Shown here piece by piece: positions 1 through 8,800 of a stretch of DNA of 30,894 bases. The notes under the pieces were generated by a model. The model was given only the letters and a program-made list of their open reading frames with translations. It had not been told where the DNA came from and did no database searches. The stretch's first letter is position 1, and each line of letters opens with the position of its first letter. The position numbers were made by a program, and so were the translations under genes. Location of the stretch: positions 1-30,894 of the forward strand of contig JBHLPH010000021.1 of NCBI GenBank assembly GCA_048939625.1, given 5' to 3'. The stretch comes from Promethearchaeota archaeon. GTDB lineage: Archaea > Asgardarchaeota > Hermodarchaeia > Hermodarchaeales > Hermodarchaeaceae.

Positions 1-48
1 TCTTACTTCCACAAAACCTGAGCATCGTGGACATATCCTGTATGACAT
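1..48 (-). CDS. 5' fragment of a probable zinc-ribbon protein (runs off the left edge)
   Basis: Not in the ORF track. The minus strand from ATG at 48 reads MSYRICPRCSGFVEVR (CxxC knuckle). A GGTGGGAG SD-like motif and a TTTAAA box (~84-89) lie upstream. Confidence 0.55.
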   Translation of the reverse strand, partial: MSYRICPRCSGFVEVR

Positions 49-188
49 CGTTCGCTCCCACCAGCGGATTCCATTACTTGGGATTTAAAGCCTTTAGGAG
101 AGCCTATGATAAATGTAAAGAAAGAACCAATACACCTCTTATCAGATTGACAAATTTAATAAAGGAAAATTTCTAGGGGAGGATTAGG

Positions 189-521
189 GTGATTGGGATT
201 TCAAAGGAAAAAGAGACTAGACCCAGACTAACGACAAACCAAAAACGTCGAGAAACCTGTATCCTAATACTACTATTATTGTTTTCACTATTTTTCCTAT
301 ATCTCCTCCTTCTAAATCCCCTTTTCGCACTACTCTGGGGCTTTTTCTGCATCCTATTTGTTGTGTTTATGGCACTTCCCCCAGATCGGGTCCCCAAGGA
401 TTTAGAACGAATCAGACGTGATATAGATCGTCGAACGCATTTTAGATCTTTTGGCACAGGCTTACTTCATTTCGAAAACGGTGGACCTACAAAACCTAAA
501 CCACATGAAGATGATTACTAA
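189..521 (+). CDS. small hypothetical membrane protein (2 TM hairpin)
   Basis: 110-aa ORF with a long hydrophobic stretch (ILILLLLFSLFFLYLLLLNPLFALLWGFFCILFVVFMAL) between charged ends. It converges on the next gene. Confidence 0.65.
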   Translation: MIGISKEKETRPRLTTNQKRRETCILILLLLFSLFFLYLLLLNPLFALLWGFFCILFVVFMALPPDRVPKDLERIRRDIDRRTHFRSFGTGLLHFENGGPTKPKPHEDDY

Positions 522-554
522 TATCCATTAGATTTCAATAAAGATCTCGTTTAT

Positions 555-1037
555 CTAGGTGACATAATTTTCTATGAGATACAGTAATTCCTCTTCGAGC
601 GTGGGAAGAATTTGAGGATTCTCGATAATCCGCGCAATCTCGACGCCATCAGGTGTGTATAGGAGAATGGTGGGAATGGCTTTAATTTTCAGCTTGTTGA
701 CTTCCGGAGGGCTGGGGGGTACAGCCCATTTGCGGTTTGGGTTGAGGGGGTCGGTTTTTACTCCATCAAGGATATAGACAGGCATCCCGGTCTCTTCATG
801 GATTAGGTCGAGGACCGGAATATTCGCAACACAATCCTTGCACCACTCAGCCCCAATAGCTACAACTACAATTTGATCGGCAACCTCTTTGAGACTCTCA
901 AGTGTCTCAGGTTTCAGACTATATTCCAAACGTCGAGCCTCATACTTAGGGCGACATTCGTCAGAGCAAGTATGCATATATTCTTCGATTGGTTTTGCAT
1001 GATCCAACATTTCTTCAAACTGCTTAAGGTTCATCAT
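555..1037 (-). CDS. thioredoxin-like protein (Thioredoxin_9 type)
   Basis: Active-site motif WCKDC after a beta strand (IVVVAIGAE), cis-Pro motif AIPT, and EIARIIENP. Confidence 0.88.
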   Translation of the reverse strand: MMNLKQFEEMLDHAKPIEEYMHTCSDECRPKYEARRLEYSLKPETLESLKEVADQIVVVAIGAEWCKDCVANIPVLDLIHEETGMPVYILDGVKTDPLNPNRKWAVPPSPPEVNKLKIKAIPTILLYTPDGVEIARIIENPQILPTLEEELLYLIENYVT

Positions 1038-1068
1038 TCATCAATCCCAAGAGATTCTTCAATTCTTC

Positions 1069-1824
1069 TTACAATGTGATGATTTGGGTATCTCGAGGAA
1101 CGATGATCTTTCCAGAATAGGAAGTGCGAATGCTACGTAAGGCATCTCCTAGTTCCTCTAATAACTCTGGGTACAAATGAACTAAGACTAGTGCTTTGAC
1201 TTCTGCTTCCGCGGCAAGCCGTCCCAAGTCCCCGGGGGTTGTGTGTGTTGTGGCAATCTCTTTCATTCGATCGGGTAACGAGCATTCATGAATCAACAGG
1301 TCGGCACCCTTCGCATGTTTGATTACTTCTCGACAGGGTCTGGTATCCCCCGAATAGACAACCCGTTTCCCTTCAGCCTCCATATGGAAACCGTAAGCTT
1401 CGAAATCACCATGATCTACAGGAAAAGCGAGAACCGACCAGTCCTTCACCTTCACCAAGAACCCGGGTTCCACCTTATGATACTTGAGTTTGACTTTACC
1501 CTTCAGGTACGGAAACACATCCGCAAGTGAAAAGGCCATTTTCTGGACCGCTTCAGGTCCATACACATTCAAAGTCTTGTCATATCCCGATAGCCACAAA
1601 CTCTGCAAGAATGCGACCAAATCCGAGACATGATCCACATGCAAATGGCTAATGAACACATGTTCGATTTTAGTGATATCCTCAAGACTACATGAAAGCC
1701 GGTGAAGTACACCCGCACCCATATCAAAGATCAGGGGGTCTCCTGCGGTTTCAATCATTAAACCAGAAGATACACGGTCCGGAGAAAGCAGAGACGCCCC
1801 ACTGCCAAGAATCGTTACTTCCAT
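1069..1824 (-). CDS. MBL-fold metallo-hydrolase, RNase Z/BN-like superfamily
   Basis: N-terminal ILGSG, FDMGAG, HxHxDH motif (SHLHVDH), VDHG, YSGDT, IHEC, HTT, VHLYP. Confidence 0.88.
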   Translation of the reverse strand: MEVTILGSGASLLSPDRVSSGLMIETAGDPLIFDMGAGVLHRLSCSLEDITKIEHVFISHLHVDHVSDLVAFLQSLWLSGYDKTLNVYGPEAVQKMAFSLADVFPYLKGKVKLKYHKVEPGFLVKVKDWSVLAFPVDHGDFEAYGFHMEAEGKRVVYSGDTRPCREVIKHAKGADLLIHECSLPDRMKEIATTHTTPGDLGRLAAEAEVKALVLVHLYPELLEELGDALRSIRTSYSGKIIVPRDTQIITL

Positions 1825-1979
1825 AGGTCTCGACCCTACACAGCTTCAGGTACACGCCCTTTCATTAACTTTACCCAAAAGTAAAAAATTCTTAATCTAT
1901 TGAGACTAGCGACACAAAGTTGAAATAGCTTCGACCCCGATTAAGAAAAGTAAGCGGAAGCCACTGTCAGGGGATCCGG

Positions 1980-2831
1980 ATGATACACCACGTCTACATC
2001 ATTGACGCCCGCGACGAAATGGTCGTCGAGAAAAAATTCTGGATTATCACTGTCAACATCAAAGAAATGCAGGATTTTGCTAGTCGTGTTAAGGAAGCCC
2101 AAGACACCATCATCGAAGAAATCGGTCCCATCAAATATATCGGCAAACCCCTCGGTCGTGGGATCGTGGTCCTCTGTGCGGAAGGCGTTGACGATGACGA
2201 CACACTCCGCGAAAAAATCGACCGCGTTACCTACGAGTTCCGCCGTGTCATCAGCTACGAAGTCGAATACGAAGCCTTCATGGACAAAGTCGATGACTAC
2301 GTCACTACAACTCTCAAAGTCAGCATCATCGGCTACGGTGGCGTTGGCAAAACCACTTTAGTCACCCTCCTCAATGGAGGAGTTCCTCCCACAAGTTATG
2401 TCCCAACCATCGCGATTGACATTCAAAAAATCGAAGGTGCTCGGATTGGCACATATGAAGTTTCCACTTGGGACTTTGCGGGGCAAGATCGATTTCGGAA
2501 GTTATGGGAGTTGTACTTCCGTGGTAGCCGCATTATTCTTCTTGTTACGGATTCAACCTTGGAGAACGTACTAAACAGTAAAGATATCATCGATCTTATT
2601 CGCCGAAAAGATATTGCTGCTCAGCTTCTAGCAATTGCGAATAAACAGGATCTTCCTGGAGCATTATCCCCACAGCTAGTGCAACGGATACTGGGTATCA
2701 AAGCATATGGAATGGTGGCGATTGACCCAAATAACAGAGAAAAGGCCTTAGAAATCATAAAGGAGGCCTTGAAGCTTGCAGCTCCGAAGGAAGAACCAGT
2801 AGCACCAAAGCCAGAAATGGTTTTTGATTAG
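1980..2831 (+). CDS. Arf-like small GTPase with N-terminal longin-like domain
   Basis: G1 GYGGVGKTT, G2 YVPTI, G3 WDFAGQ, G4 ANKQD. Arf-style FRKLWELYF and NKQDLPGAL. The N-terminal ~110 aa begin MIHHVYIIDARDEMVVEKKF, resembling longin beta1-beta2 (longin call is inference). Confidence 0.85.
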   Translation: MIHHVYIIDARDEMVVEKKFWIITVNIKEMQDFASRVKEAQDTIIEEIGPIKYIGKPLGRGIVVLCAEGVDDDDTLREKIDRVTYEFRRVISYEVEYEAFMDKVDDYVTTTLKVSIIGYGGVGKTTLVTLLNGGVPPTSYVPTIAIDIQKIEGARIGTYEVSTWDFAGQDRFRKLWELYFRGSRIILLVTDSTLENVLNSKDIIDLIRRKDIAAQLLAIANKQDLPGALSPQLVQRILGIKAYGMVAIDPNNREKALEIIKEALKLAAPKEEPVAPKPEMVFD

Positions 2832-3021
2832 GCTGGATTATAGTCTGGACCTTATATGCTTCTTTGAAATAATCTGGTTCTTCTTTTGCTTTAGATTCTG
2901 AGGGATGGATCAAATGACTTGGATAATTTTCCTTCAACCTAATTTTCGTTAATCGGCATCCGTAAATATTCCTGAATAAAACAAACTGCTCTTTTTCTAT
3001 TAGGTACCTCTAGTAAGGACC

Positions 3022-3969
3022 CTATTTTGAAAAGAATTGGCTTAGGGACGGACGTTTAGGCACATAGCTCTTATCAATTTGACCATTCTTAAGAAAGTCC
3101 CGAATCAAGCCTGCTTGTTCTACTCGGAAATCTAACCCATTCCGGTCATCAGATTTTGATTCACAAACAATACTGACTTTGTTAATGAAATTCTGTTCCT
3201 GAAGCACGGAGAGAAATAGCTTCCATGGAACATTACTCCCACCATCTAAGGGGGTATGACGAACTTCTCCACGACGATTTGCAAAAATTCCTGAAAGATG
3301 CACGGGGAGGCGCCACCGCGAAAGGTCGATTTCTCGTTCAACTAATTCAAGGCGACGAAGAATACCATCCTCGTTAGTGACATCGCCTCCACGGGCAAAA
3401 TCATGCGCAAAATCCCAGCAAAACAAGCATCCGGCATCACCCGCTGCATGGCAGACCTCATCGAAGCTTCCAAATCCAGCGATTTTACCTGCCACTTCCG
3501 GGGCCGGCACAGCGGAAATGCCTTCATCCTTAACCTTAGTCATGATCTCTTTCAATCGTTGTGTGACGCGATTTTGAACCCTTGCTCCGCCTTGTCGCGA
3601 ACCAGAGTGGAAGGTTACGTGAGTGGCACCGACTAAATCAGCAATATGCAAACACCTGGTCATATGCGCTCGACTCGTCCGAAGTTTCCCTTTCTCTGTT
3701 GTTGTTAATGAGATGATATAGGGCCCATGGATGCTGACGTGAAACTCCTCTAGATAAGATCCGATTATCGCAGCTCGTTCTTTTGATGGATACCCGGGAA
3801 GCCCTCCTCGAGGATTACCAAGAACATTCGATAAACAGAGTAGTTCAGTTGCTCGTAACTTTTCTAATCTTAACCGCGAGGTGACTTTTTCAAGAACAGA
3901 ATCTGAAGTGAAGGTGTTTAGCGGGAAGGCTGCGAGTCCCACGATGGCTTTAGACTTTGATGGCACCAT
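3022..3969 (-). CDS. nfo: endonuclease IV (AP endonuclease family 2, archaeal type)
   Basis: Metal-ligand motifs in the expected order: SIHGPY, TFHSG, PEVAGK, DFAH, VHLSG, EVRH, IVCES. Start placed at ATG 3969; the track extends to TTG 3996. Confidence 0.82.
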   Translation of the reverse strand: MVPSKSKAIVGLAAFPLNTFTSDSVLEKVTSRLRLEKLRATELLCLSNVLGNPRGGLPGYPSKERAAIIGSYLEEFHVSIHGPYIISLTTTEKGKLRTSRAHMTRCLHIADLVGATHVTFHSGSRQGGARVQNRVTQRLKEIMTKVKDEGISAVPAPEVAGKIAGFGSFDEVCHAAGDAGCLFCWDFAHDFARGGDVTNEDGILRRLELVEREIDLSRWRLPVHLSGIFANRRGEVRHTPLDGGSNVPWKLFLSVLQEQNFINKVSIVCESKSDDRNGLDFRVEQAGLIRDFLKNGQIDKSYVPKRPSLSQFFSK

Positions 3970-4065
3970 GTGTTCGCCTGAAAGTGCATTCAACAAAAGT
4001 GCCTTTAAGTGTGCGGAATGTATTCCTCGAAGACCTTTGGGTTGAAATTGGGTTCTGCTTAAATT

Positions 4066-4160
4066 CGAAAGGTTTATATTGGTGAACGATTTTATTCTAA
4101 TTCAGAACGAAATATTTCTATCGTTTAGAAAACGGTTCCAATCGTAAAAAAACCGAACGG
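4066..4160 (+). promoter_or_regulatory. archaeal BRE/TATA promoter followed by repeated AACG/CGTT half-sites (putative operator)
   Basis: CGAAAGG-TTTATAT at 4066-4079. Downstream are GAACGAT, AACGA-N10-TCGTT, CGTTT-AG-AAAACG and CCGAACGG. Confidence 0.5.
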
Positions 4161-4267
4161 AGTCGGATAAAATGAATAAAAAGAATTGTAATGAAAACAA
4201 CCCTCGTGAAAGAATGTATGCGGAGATTTTCAAATATCGCCGAATATGCTAGGAGCTGAATAAGGAA

Positions 4268-4981
4268 ATGTCCTGGTTTGGTTGGAAGAAGGATGAAAAA
4301 GAAGATTCAAAGGATGAAATTCGTAAAGAGATGAACCGGCTAGAGAAACAAATGCAGGAATTACGGAAGCGTCTCGAAAAAGAAGGCAAGACCACCACTC
4401 GTGAGGAACCCACAAAATCAGCAGATCCATCAAAATCAAAGCCACGGAAAGGTGTCCGAGTTGAGTTTGATGATGAGCAATTTGGAGAAGAGATGGCGGA
4501 GTTTGGTCGACAGATGGGTGCTGCAGGCAAGGAACTGGGTGATTATATCAAGCTGGTTGTTTCTGATGCTATGCGGAGCGCGAATCGGGCAATGCGGAGT
4601 GTGTTCATTGGTCCTGATGGGGAACGATTGAATATCGATGAGAATGGTGTGGCCTTTGGCAAATCAGCTGCGGAACGTGTTCGTCGCGTTCCTGCTGAAG
4701 ACGCGGAAAAATTACTTTCTCCGTTGGCGAGTGCTGAACGAATAGAAATCCTCTATTTGCTTGCTGAACAACCCCGTTATCATCAAGATCTAATGGACCT
4801 TTCTGGACTTAAACCAGGCACGCTTCCACATCACCTCAAGCAACTAGAGGAAGCGGGTTATGTAACGCAAGAACGTGTGCGTGGTCGCTACCTCATTACT
4901 ATCCCTGGGCGAATGGCTCTCAAACTTGCTGAATATCTCCACAACCAAATGGTATCTGGACTTGGGAAGGACGAAGATTAA
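4268..4981 (+). CDS. ArsR/SmtB-type winged-helix transcription regulator with long charged N-terminal extension
   Basis: C-terminal LSPLASAERIEILYLL...LKPGTLPHHLKQLEEAGYV...GRYLITIPG is a typical wHTH. AGGAG SD upstream. Confidence 0.85.
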   Translation: MSWFGWKKDEKEDSKDEIRKEMNRLEKQMQELRKRLEKEGKTTTREEPTKSADPSKSKPRKGVRVEFDDEQFGEEMAEFGRQMGAAGKELGDYIKLVVSDAMRSANRAMRSVFIGPDGERLNIDENGVAFGKSAAERVRRVPAEDAEKLLSPLASAERIEILYLLAEQPRYHQDLMDLSGLKPGTLPHHLKQLEEAGYVTQERVRGRYLITIPGRMALKLAEYLHNQMVSGLGKDED

Positions 4982-5001
4982 CTGAAAAGGTGAGAAGAAA
5001 C

Positions 5002-5640
5002 ATGAGTTCAAGTTCAACATGGGGATACCGGAACCAAAATTTAGTACTTGGTGCACTCGCAGGAAAGGTTACCCATCCTACCGATCTTGCCCGATCAGAA
5101 AAGGCTCTACTCAGCGTTAATGAAGGCACCCTCTATTTTCCGATCTTTTATCAGAACAAGGAAGTAGGCGGGATCTTCATCGGATTTGGGCAAGCAATAA
5201 TTGATGCTATCGCAGAAACCCATCGTGGGGCAGTCGGACAAAGTCATGACTTTAACTGGAACGGAAGTCTTCTTTTACTTAGCGAAGATGGAGAATGGAC
5301 GCCACCTGAAACATCTCATATCAAAGATAAAGAATTAGCTAAATTCCATCTCGAATCATCCAATGATGCATATCAACGGGCCCACGAAATATTCAGTCGC
5401 TTCTTTTCCAATAATCGTAACTGGTTCACTGATACATTTATTCAACGGCATCATGGGTGGGTCGCCACAATCTTGGATATCAACTATGGAAAATGTGGCA
5501 TCATCGCTAGTGAGGATCGGTTGGTCTTCAAGCGAGGCGAGTTAAAAATCGTGCTTAGTGGAAACAAGCTGGTACAAACTGAAGGTCGAAAGAAAGTCTT
5601 TGTCGCTGGAAGAGCTGGAAAAATCGTCCGCTTCGGATGA
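5002..5640 (+). CDS. hypothetical beta-rich protein, co-transcribed with the ArsR gene
   Basis: Starts 20 nt after the ArsR stop, with an AGGTGA SD before ATG 5002 (in frame with the track start 4990). A pyrimidine tract follows. Confidence 0.7.
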   Translation: MSSSSTWGYRNQNLVLGALAGKVTHPTDLARSEKALLSVNEGTLYFPIFYQNKEVGGIFIGFGQAIIDAIAETHRGAVGQSHDFNWNGSLLLLSEDGEWTPPETSHIKDKELAKFHLESSNDAYQRAHEIFSRFFSNNRNWFTDTFIQRHHGWVATILDINYGKCGIIASEDRLVFKRGELKIVLSGNKLVQTEGRKKVFVAGRAGKIVRFG

Positions 5641-5649
5641 ATGTGCGTA

Positions 5650-5688
5650 GGCCCGAAGCGGACCCCTCTTCCTTTTCTTGTTCTTTAA
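5650..5688 (+). terminator. probable terminator (weak hairpin + pyrimidine tract)
   Basis: CCCCTCTTCCTTTTCTTGTTCTTT shortly after the stop at 5640. Confidence 0.45.
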
Positions 5689-5830
5689 TCTCCTTTGAGC
5701 AGAAAGGAAAATGCTAGATACTCCTCGGAGTGGAAGAGCTTTTGAGGAGAAACATCTATGAACAGAAGAAATTCGTTGGCATCTACTGTCCTACAGTGTC
5801 AGCGAATCGGACTTGAAGGAGCACTCCAAG

Positions 5831-8800
5831 ATGGCATCGTTAGATCATGACACTTTGGTGAAAACTTATCGAATCCTCTTCCAAAAAGCCAGAGATAATC
5901 TTGAGGATATTGCTAAGCATTTGACAAAAGAGAAGGGACAAGGCATCCTAGATATCCTAGTTCAAATCGACGAACTCCTCCAACGTATTGAATCTGCATC
6001 TGAACCTTCTCAATTAGAAATCGAAGTAGCTCGCTCAATTGCTCGGGACTTTGACACTATCGCGACCCGGTGGCGCGAGCTGGAACAATACTTTGCAGAC
6101 CAAGTGCATTATGATGATTACGTTTATCGTTCTGATGAGGATAGAGCAGATGCTGCAACCAAAGCGCATGAAATTATTCGTAATCAAGCTCTGGAGGCTC
6201 TCGATGCTGCAGGAACGATGTTTGGCGTCGCAAAAGAATGGCGTCGGGCGGCAAAAAGCTTCAGCACGGTTGTCCAAGCCCGAAAAGCTGAGGATTCATC
6301 TCTCGCAGCGATTCCTGCAATAATACGTGAATATCGCTGCTATGAACAACTTGATGATGCAGCAAATGTCCTCATTATCGGACGAGCAATTCAAAAACTG
6401 CTCAGTAACGTGTCTGATGAGCTTTCCGATCGCGATAAAGCCATGCTCACTGAGGCAATGGAGTTTTTCCGAAAAACAGCAATGACTGCTGTTTCCCACC
6501 GCCAACAAGATCCTGATGTGAATATTCCATTGGCTGCGACTTTCTTGTGGAATGAAGTCGAGGCCTTAGCGCTTATTGCTGGTTCAGACGATGAAAATAC
6601 TTTGAACCGATTTCGTGCTTTAGCTGAATTCTTCGAGCAAGTCGGAAAAGAAGAGCTTACGAAACCAACGCCCTCCATCCAACGTTTCGTTGCTAGTTAT
6701 ATGGAAGGTGCATTAGCTTATCTTCGAATTACACAAGATATCGATGGCTTTTCACGTGAAGAAGCTAAACAAAAAAGCCTCAGTCTAACGCAATATGCCG
6801 CTGATTTCATTCTCACTTTGCTTGAACGGCTTGGCTATCAACGCATAGCCATTGTGGATGATTCCGCAAAAGCAGTTAAAGGACTAATCGCTATCTTTGA
6901 GATGGTAAAACGTGGCTATGAAGGGTCACAAGCATTTCAAGAACTTGCGAATCAAGCAGGTGCAATACTCATCCAAGCCCAACAACGACAAGATCAACCG
7001 GTTATTGATTTAGCCATGGTCTTTCGATGGCTCTGTGAAGGATCTGCTCGCGGACTCTATGTTATTTGTTTGAAACTCATCTCGGATTTGTATCGTGTGG
7101 GAATTGTCAGCGATGTGTTGGATATTGGGTCCAAAGAAGAGCTTCGCCAGCGTGTCTTTGATCTTTTAGTCATTCCCGACCAAGACGAATTATTTGATTT
7201 GTTAATTGATGCTGAAGTCGAATTCGGTGATGTGGTTGACCTTTTCAAAAGTTTAGGTTTATACTGGGTTGCAGCTATCTGCAAACTCAACCAGGGTCAA
7301 CTCCGGCAAAATCTCAGCTATCTTGAAGCTGAAACTGAGACTGTCATTACTCCTGACCAAAGTGAAACTCCAGTTGATGACATTGTCGAACCAGATGCAA
7401 TGCCTTTCTGGGGCGCAGCCCCTTCAAACGATTTTGCTTCCGCTGCAGATCTTTTTTCGAAAGCTTATCGACTCCAACTCAGTGCTAGTGAAAATCGTAT
7501 TGGAGGATCTAATGACACTTGGATACCCTATCGAGATCCAGAAGACATACGGCGACGTGCTGCATACAGCAGTTGGCTTACTGGACTTGCTCACTTGGAG
7601 GAAGGCAATGAGGAAGAAGGGGGAAGAAACCTCTTCCGAGCGAAAAATGCCTACGAGCTACTTAATCGTCACCATGAAGCAATTGCATGCTTGGAAATCT
7701 GGCTCCGAGAACTAGTAACTACAATTAGTGAGGAAGAAGGAAGTGGTGCCCGTCCAACCGGAGAACGGCTCCAAGAGGTTCTCAATGTTTGTGACGAACT
7801 TGTTGGACTTTATTCTATTCGTCGAAGGACCCCTGACACAGTAGCAGATATACTTGATATAGTCGGGTTTCTTCAAACCCATGTGGGAATTGAAAATTGG
7901 ACACTCGCCGTGTTTCTCCGAGCATTAGAATATACTCGTGAAGCCTTAATCCTAGCCCAACGACTCAAGTTACCCGAACCTGCTCTTGAAAAAATGCGAT
8001 TTCTACGCGAAGAACTCAAAGAATTCCTCAATGGCGAGTTTGCTATAGGCATATACCCAGATTTTGCGACAGAAGCAACGATTTACTTCGAAGCTGAAAC
8101 CCCAGTAAAACTAGCCGTCCTCAATATCTCGGATAAGAATTCAACTAATATCTCCATTCGACCCTTGGGGGTTCTTCCCCATATTTCCCCAAGCACAACT
8201 CAACCTTGGAAGTCATCAAGAGACATTTCACAAGTCACAATGAAGAATTTCTACATCGGAACCGATGATGAGGCTTATGAACTCGATGGACAGACGGCTT
8301 ATGGCAAACCTGCTGATGCCTTCGGTCCTCCCCGACCAATTCCTGTAGTTCTCGCTAGTATGGCCTCACCTGATATGGAGCCAGATTCACCCTCCGAACA
8401 AATATCGGGAGAACAACCATGGCTGGGTGTTATGTGGACTGGCGACTATAGTGGAATGCCCTTAGGCATCCTCAAAGGGGCTTCTGAAGAAATAACAAGT
8501 TCAGAGTCTTCTATCTCAACCATTGATGAATTAACTCAAGCCGCTTTCTTCACTGTGTTTACCAAATCCGCCCGTGAAGGAAATATCCTTCCTGGCCAAG
8601 TATTTCCAGTTAGCTTTGGGATATATCAACAAGGAACGAACGACCTCCTCGCCATTCAAACCCTATTTTTCAAGATTGCCAGCCGTCCAAAGATCCTGAA
8701 GGCTGAAACAAATTGGGCACAGGAATTAGGTGACAAGTGGGAAGAAAGCTTTGGAATAACATTTGAGGAAGGAGCCCAGCTTCCCCTTTATGTACCTCGA

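Noticed and set aside
1069-1824. Calling the MBL hydrolase bona fide RNase Z (rnz)
   Set aside because: At 251 aa it shows no tRNA-binding flexible arm/GP motif between the conserved His and SGDT, so only the superfamily call is kept.
4084-4160. Short repeats as a possible mini-CRISPR or replication-origin box array
   Set aside because: The elements are only 4-6 nt with irregular spacing, and no cas or cdc6/orc1 gene is nearby.
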